This document shows, piece by piece, positions 1 through 9,443 of a DNA stretch of 49,125 nucleotides. The notes under the pieces were generated by a model that saw only the letters and a list, made by a program, of their open reading frames with translations, made no database searches and was not told where the DNA came from. Within the stretch, counting starts at the first letter, position 1. Each line of letters opens with the position of its first letter. The stretch comes from Candidatus Heimdallarchaeota archaeon (lineage in GTDB: Archaea; Asgardarchaeota; Heimdallarchaeia; Hodarchaeales; Hodarchaeaceae). The position numbers and the translations under genes are program-made. The DNA lies in the NCBI GenBank assembly GCA_048881705.1, contig JBHLSH010000018.1, forward strand, positions 1 to 49,125, read 5' to 3'.

Positions 1-2930
1 GCCCCTCCTGTATCTGATCCTGTTGCGGTAAAGGTTACTACTGCTGACGTCGGAATAGTATTGGAGAAATAGAATGTGTTTGCCCCAATCACTCCGTAGA
101 CATCAGCTATATCACCCGAATCTTCGCTATATGCGGACATCGGATCAGAGAGCGAGGGATTGGTAGCATCCTCGATACAGGTGATAGCCCCGGAATCATT
201 ATTTCCGACATTATCATAAATTGTTACAGTAATAGAACCTGAGCTGTCCACATTGCTAATGGTGTACTGACCAATGTAAGGTGCACTTGTATCTTCGACA
301 GGATTGTCGCCGCCAAAGGTTCCAAAATCGATACCTCGAACTCCTGCATATCCAGTGTCGAAACCCGTGGCCGTAAACTCAACGGTGGCTGAAGACGAAA
401 AGGAGTTTGAGAAATAGAATGTATCAGTTCCAGTGACCCCGTAAACCTCGGTTGTGTCAACAAATTCGGCATAAGCGGACATATTATCGGTTAAGGTTGG
501 ATTGGTACCATCCTCGAAAAATGTATATGTATCACCGGCCGTGTTTCCCACCAAATCAGTCGCAGTATAAGCAATGGTTACATCCCCGTTATCTCCACTA
601 TCTATCTGATATAGAAATGACCAGCTTGCATTCGTTCCTGTGTTAATTGGATCATTACCAAACGCGGAATTATCAGTTATGGAATAGAGCCCTGCGGAAG
701 CATCAGAGGCGGTTCCACTAATAGTGAAGCCCTGAATAGAGCCCATCCCAGAACCTGAGTAAACTCCCTGTTTGGTCGTTCCGTATCCAGCGTAAAGGTA
801 AACGCTGCTTTCGATTTCCCCTGTCACGCTGATAGAGGGAATGCCTGTGTCCCGACTGAAATCAACTGTGGTTTGCAAATTATTTCCGACATTATCATAA
901 ACAGTAATCCCAAAGCTTCCCGTCCAGGTGTCTGTTGCGTCGATATCAACAACAGGTACATCGTACGTACGCCCTCCGTTGGTGTCTTCTGTATCATCGG
1001 TTCGTTGAGCTGCGGTACCTCCGAACTGATTTGCGGCTATGGCATAGTCCAAGCCCGATGAAGCATCTGCCGCATCGATTCCTACGGTAAGCGATTGCCC
1101 ACTGGGCATATCATCACCATACCAGATCTTACTTCCTACTCCATCCCAATGCAGGTACGGGGAACCCCCATCGAGAATGTATGCTGTGTCCACGGAAACA
1201 GTGGGATTGGTGTTATCAAATAGGAATTGAAATGAATCTGTGAAAGTGTTCCCTACGTTGTCTGTAGCTGTATAGGTAACGGTAAAGGTGCCATAAACAC
1301 TGTCTCCGTCGTCGATCTGGTAACCAAACGACCAGCTGGTTAAGGATCCACTTCTTGCAGGATTATTACCAAAAGTGGTGTCATCTGTAACAGAGGCTAG
1401 GCCTGCCAGCGCATCAGAGGCGGTTCCTCCCACATTGAACGCCTGTAAAACTCCAAGCATATTAGGGGAGTAATACCCGAACGCGGACACGTTATCATAA
1501 TAAAGGTAGATTGAGGATTCATTAGTGGCGCTTGCCGCTTGGGTGACACTAATGGAGGGATTGGTATTATCTTCATTAAATGTGTAGGCATCAGTTGCAA
1601 TATTTCCAACCAGATCAGTCGCAGTATAAGTAACAACGACATTTCCACTATCGGCAGCATCTATCTGGTACACAAAGGACCAACTGCTATTCGTACCACT
1701 ATTGGAAGGATTATTCCCGAAGGATTGATCATCTGTGATTGAAAGGAGTCCTGCATCCGCATCAGACGCAGTGCCGCTAATCGTATAGCTTTGTAACGAT
1801 CCCATGCCAGATCCGTAAACGCCTTCCTTGATGGTACCATAACCCGCGTAAAGATAGGAGCTGCTTTCTGTTTCACCTGTGATAGTAATCGTGGGGGACG
1901 AGGTGTCTTCCGTGCAGGTAATGGTATCAGAACCGCTGTTTCCAACGTTGTCGTAAATCGTAACTGTTATAGATCCCGAAATGTCCGTACCATCTATCGT
2001 ATATTGGCCAGTAAAGGGAGCACTAGTATCCTCCCCAGGATCATCAGAACCAAATGATCCAAAATCGATCCCCCGTACCCCTGCCTTGCCAGCCTCGAGT
2101 CCAGTTGCAGTAAACGTTACAGTGGCAGAAGTACTGAATGAATTTGAGAAATAGAATATATCGGTACCGATATCTCCATAAACTTCTCCTGTATCCCCAG
2201 ATTCCTGATAGAGAGACATTGGATCAGTTATCATCGGATTAGAGTTATCCTCGAAAAAAGTATAGGTTACAGTATTGTTATTGGCCACGTTATCCGTTGC
2301 AGTATAGACAACAACTATATCGCCATTATCCGCGGCATCGATCGTGTAAATAAACTGCCAGCTGCTCAGAGAACCTGTATTACTGGGATTATCACCGAAA
2401 GTGGTGTTATCACTCAGTGCAAGTAGGCCAGCAGTGGCATCAGACGCTGTCCCACTAATGGTATAGCCCTGGGTTGTACCCATCAAAGAGCCATAGACTC
2501 CCTGTGTATTATCACCATAGGCCGAATACAGGTAGATGCTACTTTCAGCGGCACTATCATCACCAGTAAGGCTGATAATAGGATTAACCGCATCTTCAGT
2601 TGCCGTTATAGCGGCAGAAGCGGAATTGCCCACTTTGTCATAGATCGTAACCGTGATAGTACCTGAAACATCGTCATTATTGATGGTATACTGGCCCCGA
2701 TAGGGTGAGACTGTATCTTCCGCGGGATTATCTGCCCCGAAGACCCCAAAATCGATACCCCGAACGCCTGAACCGCTATCGGTGCCCGTGGCGTAAAGCC
2801 CGATAATCGCTCCACCAGTAAACGAATTGGCAAAATAAAATAGGTTGGAGACAGGAAGTCCATAGACTTTAGTAATCTCGCCAGAGGTTTCCTCGAAACT
2901 GGAGAGCGCATCGGTCAGAACGGGATCCGT
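1..2930 (-). repeat. Intragenic tandem ~110-120 aa Ig-like repeats of two main types (A and B)
   Basis: Type A is FYF(S/A)NSF...GVRGIDFG.FG.D.P.EDT.....YD.VGN. Type B is S..YLY..YG...QGVY..GMG....YTISGTASDA.AGL...FG.NP...W.F.Y.ID...ATD.V.N. An exact 23-bp DNA repeat ATTATTTCCGACATTATCATAAA occurs at 198-220 and 879-901. Confidence 0.85.
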
Positions 2931-5900
2931 ATTATCTAGGAAAATTGAGGTCGGCCCGCCAGTAACAGTAGTGTCTGTTCGACCAACCTTGTCAGTAATT
3001 GTGATTGTAATCGTATACTCCCCATCGCTAAACAGATTGGACAAACTGATGGTTGAATCGAACGGACTCGTTTGCCCTGCCACTGCATCGGAGGCACGAT
3101 CTGCAGCATTAATCATATTTACAACAGTAATATTAAACACATTTGTTTCAGTAAAAGGAATCCGATAGGTGGCAGAAGCACGAATTCCTTGATCATAATA
3201 ATCATGCGTAGCATTGGTATAATCTGCATCGGTGAATGAGGTTGTTCCAAGGATTGGGGCGGTCTCATCAACAAACCCAAGATCAGAGCGAACGATCCCC
3301 TTGTTTCCTACTCGATCGACTGCGACTGCATAAAAAGTATAAGTCCCATCGGCGCCGATATCGACGGGATAAGTATACGGATCATTACTGGATAGATCGA
3401 AGCTCGGATTACTATTATCGACGTCATAAACAGCTTGGTTTCCTCCTGCTCCACCGTTATATTCCATATACATGTTGTACCAGGCAGGAGCAAAACTTCC
3501 CGATCCGGGATTAGTGGGCGATGCCAGAGTTGGATCGGCGCCACCTGATTGCCCCCATCGGCCTCGTGATTCTTGCCAATCTCCCTTCAAGTTATTCCCT
3601 GAAGTTGCATAATAAAGCCCGGTATCTAATGCCACGCTCATCCAGACAATGGTATCTGCAGAAACTAGAGTGTCAGGGATATCAATACGATTCCACCCTG
3701 CCGACACCACCACATTAAACGCCTCGGCTTGTTTTGTAGCCGTAGTCGGATTGGACAATGTTCCTCCTGTATACAGGGCCACAGCCGCGGTACCAGATCC
3801 TGTGGTTCGAATCCAAAGATGAGTGACCGTGATTGCTGTACTAGGAGAAGTACCTCCCATATAACGGTAATTTGCAAAAGTCTCCGAATTAGATGCATTT
3901 ATGGCAAGGCCAAAATCACCTTTTTCTGTAATTGGAGCCCGATCGATACTGAATCCTGCTCCGTCCTGATCCCAATCAGAATAACCAGGTATCAGAGAGT
4001 CACCAGTGACGGAGATAGAGGCCATTTCCGGAGCAGATGTGTCCGAAAGAGTCCGAATCGTAATGGTTGTGGCGACTCCGTTACGATTGACGATGAATGT
4101 GTTGATATCCGCTTCGGCATTGGTATTTGAATGATAATTCGCAGAATAATAAGGTGCGGCCGTATCACTGACTTCTGTTCCCCCCCAGCCCGATTCGAAA
4201 ATGACTTGCCAGGCTCCACCAGCATTCCAAGAACCTTCATTGATGGTGATGTTCCAGATGGAATCCCCGGCTTGACCAAGGTAGAGGGTTCCGGAGGTAA
4301 TCGCGGTAGGATTAGAAATCCACGCATATGATGGAGTGGAAAGACTCCAGCTCCCAGTCCCGTTAACATCTATTGTGAACCCACTGGGAGCCGCAGTTGA
4401 ATAATAAACGTTAATACCTGCACTACCATTGGCCCAGTTTCCAACCCGATCTTGGATAGCATATTGAATGCTCTGAACACCCTCTCCTGGAAATGTGGTA
4501 CTCACATCTACGCCATCTGCGTCAGCAGAACCAACGTTGCCCGTTGAACTTTTGATATAATATTGGAGGATTCCTGCACCCGTTCCGTCGCTCCAACCAG
4601 ATGCGTCGGCGGTGTATGCGGCATCATCGTAGAATGCATCATAAACCCCAAAACCCCCTCCATAAGGAGCAAATCCGTCTCCAGTATTATCAGTTATATC
4701 AAAATCTGTCGTCCAGCTTCCCCCAGTAGGGTTGGCGTCATCCCAACCAATATCCGGAAAAGTTAGGGCGGGATCTAAATAGACATCGGTTCCAAACGGA
4801 TTATTGGGGCCTACAATGGCTGCGCCAACAGTAATGCCATCAAATGTAATCACCGAACCAACTGGATCTTCCTCCGGCTCTATTGTGGTGGTACCTCCGA
4901 CATTCCCTGTGGTACTACCGAAGTAGGTGGGATTTAGGCTGTGGCCTACGGAAAGTTCCCCCAGATATGGATCACCTGTCACATTCCAAACTGCCGTGAT
5001 TTTAATCCGAATGAAATCATCGGGAGAACCATCATTATTGTCCCAGTAACGAGACCCATTATATTCGGTATTCTGGATCTGAATATCCGTGATTTTAACC
5101 AATTCTTGCTGCTCCTGATCTACAGTTACAGTTGGATCAGTACTCACCCCTGCTCTGAGGGCCCACATGCCGATTCGCATTCCTCCGTTGGATTTGAACA
5201 TGAGATGCCCACTAGATGGAAAATTATCTCCAGAGTTCGCTGTATAAGTTACGTTCCAAGTTGACGGCTCATCCCGACCCACTTTCCAAACACGGGCTTT
5301 CATGGTATCTCCTACGAAACTGAATTTGTATAGATACCAAGTAGTGGTTGAAAAGCTTCCTGTTGCAGAACTAAGTGTGTAAATTGTACCATTATAGCGC
5401 TCAAGTCGTAGATAGGGAGAGGAGGACACGTGCGTTACCCTGAGGTCGTCGGATGGGGAGGCATCAGACCTAAGATGAATCGATGCCTTCGTTCCAGCGC
5501 TAGTTGTTAACTTTCCTAATACAATGATTTCATTATTGGTCGTCAGAAGATTGGATCTGTTTAAATAATCGTTTATGGCACCAGAATGAAGTGCTATGTC
5601 TTCAGTGATCCACCATCCCATATTTGTTGGTTTAGAAGTGTCTAGAGCTACCACCCAATTCGCAGCTAGGTTATAATTGTTCAAATTCTTACTAGAAAAG
5701 TCATCATAATCGAGAAAAACCTTGCTCGTAGAGTTAGGTGGAATTCCAGGGTTTCCCTGGACACCGTAGAAAATCGCGTAGTTATTGTCTGAACTACTAG
5801 CTGAAACTGCTTTTTGAAGACGAAAGAAAACCGCAGATTTTTGGGAGTTATTATTGAGGATAACACGATTCAGTTCGTACCAGGTCGAATCTGTTTGATT

Positions 5901-7151
5901 ATAATAAGCAACACGAAGATCGTTCCCATCAGCTCGCATTTTTGAGGCGGTTACAGGAGTGGATGTATCGAAATCTGCCTGGACTGTGTAATTCGTGCCC
6001 AGTGCGGAGTTGGCGGTGAGATTTACTTGTCTAACATACTTGTAACTGGTATTCCACCATCCTGGATTACCACCAATATCACTGAACTTGTAGCGCGGAA
6101 GGAAGCCAGTAACTTCCGAACCATACCTCAGAGATGAATCTGACGGGACTAAAGAATCGACAGTCGGTTGAGAAAACATAGCTTCGCTTTCTTGAGATTT
6201 CCACACGGAAGTCTCGTCCTTACCGATCGAAGGGTAGATGTCGCTATCGCCTGTTCCTGATAGGGCCTGTAGTTCAAACGCCCGAGAGAGATCTTTGACC
6301 ATTCGAAGTGAAAATAACCCATTTCCGAGGTCTCTCTGTTCGTAAACGCGTCCGAAAAAGGTAAATCTAGAGACCCCGGTTTCATTTTTCTCTATACCAT
6401 CCAGAAAACGAATTGTTTGAAGTGTTAATGTGAGTGGAACGATAACTAGGGCAATCATTACGAAAAAAACTACAATCGGGGAGAACTTGTTGGGAAACGC
6501 AATCCACAAACCGATAAACAAGGTAGATAGGAGAGCTATGGAAAATGGGCCTGAATCTGAGAGGGCGACAGGGGTGTTTTTGAACGTAATCTGGTCGAAC
6601 TGGAGCCCTGTTAATACACTAGTTCTGTTCCACATGAAAAACGCAATTTCAAAATAATCTAGTCCTTCTAACGCAGTAGTATTAAGCGAGAATTTGATGG
6701 TTGTTCCCCAATATAATTCCATGGCATCTAATACCTGAACCGACTGGTTTTTGCCGTCTATAATTGCTGATTCAAACGGAAAAATACAAACACTGACGTT
6801 TCTATTTTGGTTCCAGCGAATTAGGTTTGTAAACTCCTCGGTATAACGAATCTTGGCACGAAGCGTCAGGAAATCCGCTGATTCTTGAGGAACGGGAAAA
6901 ATAAGTCGAATCTTATAGGCTGGAGTCGAACTAGTGATTTCATGAATTTGCCTCCCCGTTTCGGAAATGAAAGTTCGATTATCGATTCCATTACCTATAG
7001 TGCCCTTGGTACCAAAACCAAAGATGTTGGTTACAGGATGTATTGAATTGGCTGGTTCGAGAGCGCTAAACGAGCCTAAGAGAAGAACAAGGGAGAAAAT
7101 CACCAGGCCTTTGAAAAGATAAGAATGAGTCTTTTTAACTGATTTTCGCAT
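1..7151 (-). CDS. Giant secreted/membrane surface protein (>=2383 aa, 3' end outside window): signal/TM, ~170-aa domain, TM hairpin, DUF2341, lectin-like beta-sandwich, tandem Ig-like repeats
   Basis: Hand translation from ATG at 7151 (MRKSVKKTHSYLFKGLVIFSLVLLLGSF...) found no in-frame stop, and the frame at 7151, 4970 and 5 is the same, so the ORF leaves the window. The DUF2341-like motif WWNTSYKYVRQVNL...DGNDLRV starts near 6060. Repeated TD(N/K)VGN and D..P Ig-like motifs follow. It is absent from the ORF track because it has no stop codon in the window. Confidence 0.9.
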   Translation of the reverse strand, partial: MRKSVKKTHSYLFKGLVIFSLVLLLGSFSALEPANSIHPVTNIFGFGTKGTIGNGIDNRTFISETGRQIHEITSSTPAYKIRLIFPVPQESADFLTLRAKIRYTEEFTNLIRWNQNRNVSVCIFPFESAIIDGKNQSVQVLDAMELYWGTTIKFSLNTTALEGLDYFEIAFFMWNRTSVLTGLQFDQITFKNTPVALSDSGPFSIALLSTLFIGLWIAFPNKFSPIVVFFVMIALVIVPLTLTLQTIRFLDGIEKNETGVSRFTFFGRVYEQRDLGNGLFSLRMVKDLSRAFELQALSGTGDSDIYPSIGKDETSVWKSQESEAMFSQPTVDSLVPSDSSLRYGSEVTGFLPRYKFSDIGGNPGWWNTSYKYVRQVNLTANSALGTNYTVQADFDTSTPVTASKMRADGNDLRVAYYNQTDSTWYELNRVILNNNSQKSAVFFRLQKAVSASSSDNNYAIFYGVQGNPGIPPNSTSKVFLDYDDFSSKNLNNYNLAANWVVALDTSKPTNMGWWITEDIALHSGAINDYLNRSNLLTTNNEIIVLGKLTTSAGTKASIHLRSDASPSDDLRVTHVSSSPYLRLERYNGTIYTLSSATGSFSTTTWYLYKFSFVGDTMKARVWKVGRDEPSTWNVTYTANSGDNFPSSGHLMFKSNGGMRIGMWALRAGVSTDPTVTVDQEQQELVKITDIQIQNTEYNGSRYWDNNDGSPDDFIRIKITAVWNVTGDPYLGELSVGHSLNPTYFGSTTGNVGGTTTIEPEEDPVGSVITFDGITVGAAIVGPNNPFGTDVYLDPALTFPDIGWDDANPTGGSWTTDFDITDNTGDGFAPYGGGFGVYDAFYDDAAYTADASGWSDGTGAGILQYYIKSSTGNVGSADADGVDVSTTFPGEGVQSIQYAIQDRVGNWANGSAGINVYYSTAAPSGFTIDVNGTGSWSLSTPSYAWISNPTAITSGTLYLGQAGDSIWNITINEGSWNAGGAWQVIFESGWGGTEVSDTAAPYYSANYHSNTNAEADINTFIVNRNGVATTITIRTLSDTSAPEMASISVTGDSLIPGYSDWDQDGAGFSIDRAPITEKGDFGLAINASNSETFANYRYMGGTSPSTAITVTHLWIRTTGSGTAAVALYTGGTLSNPTTATKQAEAFNVVVSAGWNRIDIPDTLVSADTIVWMSVALDTGLYYATSGNNLKGDWQESRGRWGQSGGADPTLASPTNPGSGSFAPAWYNMYMEYNGGAGGNQAVYDVDNSNPSFDLSSNDPYTYPVDIGADGTYTFYAVAVDRVGNKGIVRSDLGFVDETAPILGTTSFTDADYTNATHDYYDQGIRASATYRIPFTETNVFNITVVNMINAADRASDAVAGQTSPFDSTISLSNLFSDGEYTITITITDKVGRTDTTVTGGPTSIFLDNTDPVLTDALSSFEETSGEITKVYGLPVSNLFYFANSFTGGAIIGLYATGTDSGSGVRGIDFGVFGADNPAEDTVSPYRGQYTINNDDVSGTITVTIYDKVGNSASAAITATEDAVNPIISLTGDDSAAESSIYLYSAYGDNTQGVYGSLMGTTQGYTISGTASDATAGLLALSDNTTFGDNPSNTGSLSSWQFIYTIDAADNGDIVVVYTATDNVANNNTVTYTFFEDNSNPMITDPMSLYQESGDTGEVYGDIGTDIFYFSNSFSTSATVTFTATGLEAGKAGVRGIDFGSFGSDDPGEDTSAPFTGQYTIDGTDISGSITVTIYDNVGNSGSDTITCTEDTSSPTITITGETESSSYLYAGYGTIKEGVYGSGMGSLQSYTISGTASDADAGLLSITDDQSFGNNPSNSGTNSSWSFVYQIDAADSGNVVVTYTATDLVGNIATDAYTFNEDNTNPSISVTQAASATNESSIYLYYDNVSAFGYYSPNMLGVLQAFNVGGTASDALAGLASVTDDTTFGNNPARSGSLTSWSFGYQIDDGDSVYGTFTVTYTATDNVGNTFTDSFQFLFDNTNPTVSVDTAYILDGGSPYLHWDGVGSKIWYGDDMPSGQSLTVGIDAADASSGLDYAIAANQFGGTAAQRTDDTEDTNGGRTYDVPVVDIDATDTWTGSFGITVYDNVGNNLQTTVDFSRDTGIPSISVTGEIESSVYLYAGYGTTKQGVYSGSGMGSIQGFTISGTASDASAGLYSITDNSAFGNDPINTGTNASWSFLYQIDSGDNGDVTIAYTATDLVGNTAGDTYTFFEDGTNPTLTDNMSAYAEFVDTTEVYGVTGTDTFYFSNSFSSSATVEFTATGFDTGYAGVRGIDFGTFGGDNPVEDTSAPYIGQYTISNVDSSGSITVTIYDNVGNNDSGAITCIEDATNPSLSDPMSAYSEDSGDIADVYGVIGANTFYFSNTIPTSAVVTFTATGSDTGG

Positions 7152-7548
7152 AAATTTAACCTCAAGAAAACGTCAAGCAGCGGAATGTCTTGGATTACCA
7201 TTGAACACAAGCTGCAAGGAACATAGACAAGTTCCTGACAACGTAATTCGCACGGATTTACACCTTGAAGGCGGATTTAGCAGGTGAAAGCTTTTGACAC
7301 GACCCTCTATCAAACGTTTCTTTAGAATCAATTGAGGAGAATTAGCGATCTCTATATTTTTAGCACTTTCTAAATACAAGCGGGAGTTTCAGATGGGAGA
7401 ATAGCTCCCTTATAGACGATCTCATCTAGAAAAGCCGGAGGTTGATCAAGGACAACCGCACAGGTTGAAAGCAGAGATAATTCTTGCTCTTTCGGGGCCC
7501 GGCTTTATCAAACACGATACAAGCAGAACTTCAATCAAACCCATACCC

Positions 7549-8442
7549 CTAATCCTTGCAAAACCGTTCAAAGATCAAGGAAGCTAATTTTGCTGGTGTT
7601 TGACCAAATAAATACAATATGGGTTCAAGACCGATCCCCCCTGTGTCGGCAATACCGTGAATAGCTGGGACTTCTTCTTTGGGGATTCGACCTAACGTCC
7701 CGTCCCAATCTTTATCTCCTTCAACCGTACGTTCGATCACCATGTCTGAAACCTTGTCCAATATTTTACCTTTTGATCTTAAGGAGATTAAACTCTGAAA
7801 TGATGAGCCATGTTTTTGAAAAAAGAGTAGAATCTTGGCAAGAGTAGGCCCTTGACCAATCTCGGGAGGGGAAACAATTCTACCTTGGCGTTTTACCCTT
7901 ACAATTCGACCTGGAAACCCAATGCTTTCCTTATTGACAGTATAGATAAATTGACATCCAATTTCAGGGATAAGGTCCCCGAATTTTCTTCCAGCGCCAA
8001 TGAGCAGCTGTGCTGCTTCATATAATTCGATAGTGGCCTGTAGATTTTTACTGAAGGTTAGTGAAAGTTCTTGGGAGGGAAAACAGAGGTCACACCCTAC
8101 AGGAAAATCAAGATTTCCCTGTTTTCTATGAACATCACAAAGCGGTCCTGCACTGCGCATTTTTTGACAGACTTCACAGGTAGTAGTCATGAGTTCGAGC
8201 GGAGTGAGAGTTTCTGCTTTGATATCCACCACTAAGTTCTCTACCAATTCTTCAATAGCCTGTTTGAAAATCGCTGGACTGGGAGAGTCTGTTGATAGGT
8301 ATGATGAAACCACAGGTTGTGAAACCCCTAGAATTTCTGCAATTCTCGTTTGGACATATCCTAGACTGGAGAGTTCACGCGCAAGGGCCCGACGAAAGGG
8401 TGTTAAGAACGCTACGGGCACTAATTCACATACAAATCTCAT
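7549..8442 (-). CDS. thiR: ThiR-type transcriptional regulator (HTH fused to ThiN/thiamine-phosphate-synthase-like domain)
   Basis: The N-terminal HTH is QTRIAEILGVSQPVVSSYL. C-terminal ThiN-like motifs are LIPEIG, GFPGRIV and DTGGIGLEP. It lies beside a thiamine ABC transporter. Confidence 0.8.
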   Translation of the reverse strand: MRFVCELVPVAFLTPFRRALARELSSLGYVQTRIAEILGVSQPVVSSYLSTDSPSPAIFKQAIEELVENLVVDIKAETLTPLELMTTTCEVCQKMRSAGPLCDVHRKQGNLDFPVGCDLCFPSQELSLTFSKNLQATIELYEAAQLLIGAGRKFGDLIPEIGCQFIYTVNKESIGFPGRIVRVKRQGRIVSPPEIGQGPTLAKILLFFQKHGSSFQSLISLRSKGKILDKVSDMVIERTVEGDKDWDGTLGRIPKEEVPAIHGIADTGGIGLEPILYLFGQTPAKLASLIFERFCKD

Positions 8443-8538
8443 CTATCACCCTCAATAAGTAGCGCTTAAAGGTCAATTATAGAATCGAGCTATGAATGAC
8501 GCCGCCTATTAATAGTTTTTTCCCCGAGATGCAAATAT

Positions 8539-9435
8539 ATGGAAACGGATCCCATAATAAAGGATATTCCGAAAGGTCTCTTGCCTGAGCATTTTTCCTC
8601 GCTTAGTTTAATAGAAACCGGATTAAACAACAGAAATTATCTCATAGATCGGGCTATAGTTATTAAAAGATACCTACCTCATCAGGAAGCCACTGATCCC
8701 GCTAGAGAACGGTTTTTTAGAGAAAAAGAAGCATTAAATATCTTGAAAGGCAATCCACATGCTCCAAAAATTCTACAATGGATTGTACAAGATGACCAAT
8801 TCTTCCTGGTTCGAAAATGGATAGAGGGGAACCTTTTGACGTCCGATATGATCCAGGGAAATCCCACCCGTGTTGTAGATGCACTAGCAGCTATTCATTC
8901 GGTAAACATATCTTTAGAAGCAGCAAAAATGCGGCATCTCGCATGTTTAGATTATTCTCAAATCATATCAGGTTACCTTAAGGCATACAAGTCAAGTTAC
9001 CATCGTGAAAAACTGTCAGATGATCTCCCTCCCCCGAAGGAAATTGAGAGAATCCTCGAATATTCCGTGAAAACATACAGTATTGATCGTCTTAAAGAGA
9101 ATCAAGTACTTCTCCATGGAGATTTAGTTTTTTCCAATGTTTTAGTGACCAAAAAACATGTCATATTGATTGATTGGGAATATGCGGCCCTGGGTTCTCC
9201 CCTTATCGATATCACCTATTTAATCACGCAGAATGATATGACTCGAGAAACCAAGAGAAACATCATAGAAGATTATCAGGAAAAAACCGGATTTTTAATT
9301 GAAGACGATGCGATTCAAGCCACCTCAATCCTGCTAAAAGTGATGTCGGGTATTTGGTACTCCCTAAATTTGAAGAGGGGAGGTAAATTTCTTTATCAGG
9401 CTCGAGCCCAGTTCGAATCGCTCGGGATAGACTGA
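8539..9435 (+). CDS. APH/choline-kinase-family phosphotransferase, candidate thiamine kinase (ThiK-like)
   Basis: It has the motifs GLNNRNY, HGDLVFSNVL and LIDWEYA. The substrate is inferred only from its position between thiR and thiQPB. Confidence 0.7.
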   Translation: METDPIIKDIPKGLLPEHFSSLSLIETGLNNRNYLIDRAIVIKRYLPHQEATDPARERFFREKEALNILKGNPHAPKILQWIVQDDQFFLVRKWIEGNLLTSDMIQGNPTRVVDALAAIHSVNISLEAAKMRHLACLDYSQIISGYLKAYKSSYHREKLSDDLPPPKEIERILEYSVKTYSIDRLKENQVLLHGDLVFSNVLVTKKHVILIDWEYAALGSPLIDITYLITQNDMTRETKRNIIEDYQEKTGFLIEDDAIQATSILLKVMSGIWYSLNLKRGGKFLYQARAQFESLGID

Positions 9436-9443
9436 GTGGTTTA

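Noticed and set aside
224-6657. Short ORFs in the track across 224-6657
   Set aside because: They are alternate-frame or antisense shadows of the single giant minus-strand ORF.
7173-7379. 68-aa ORF upstream of the giant gene
   Set aside because: It has no recognisable motif and lies in the probable promoter region.
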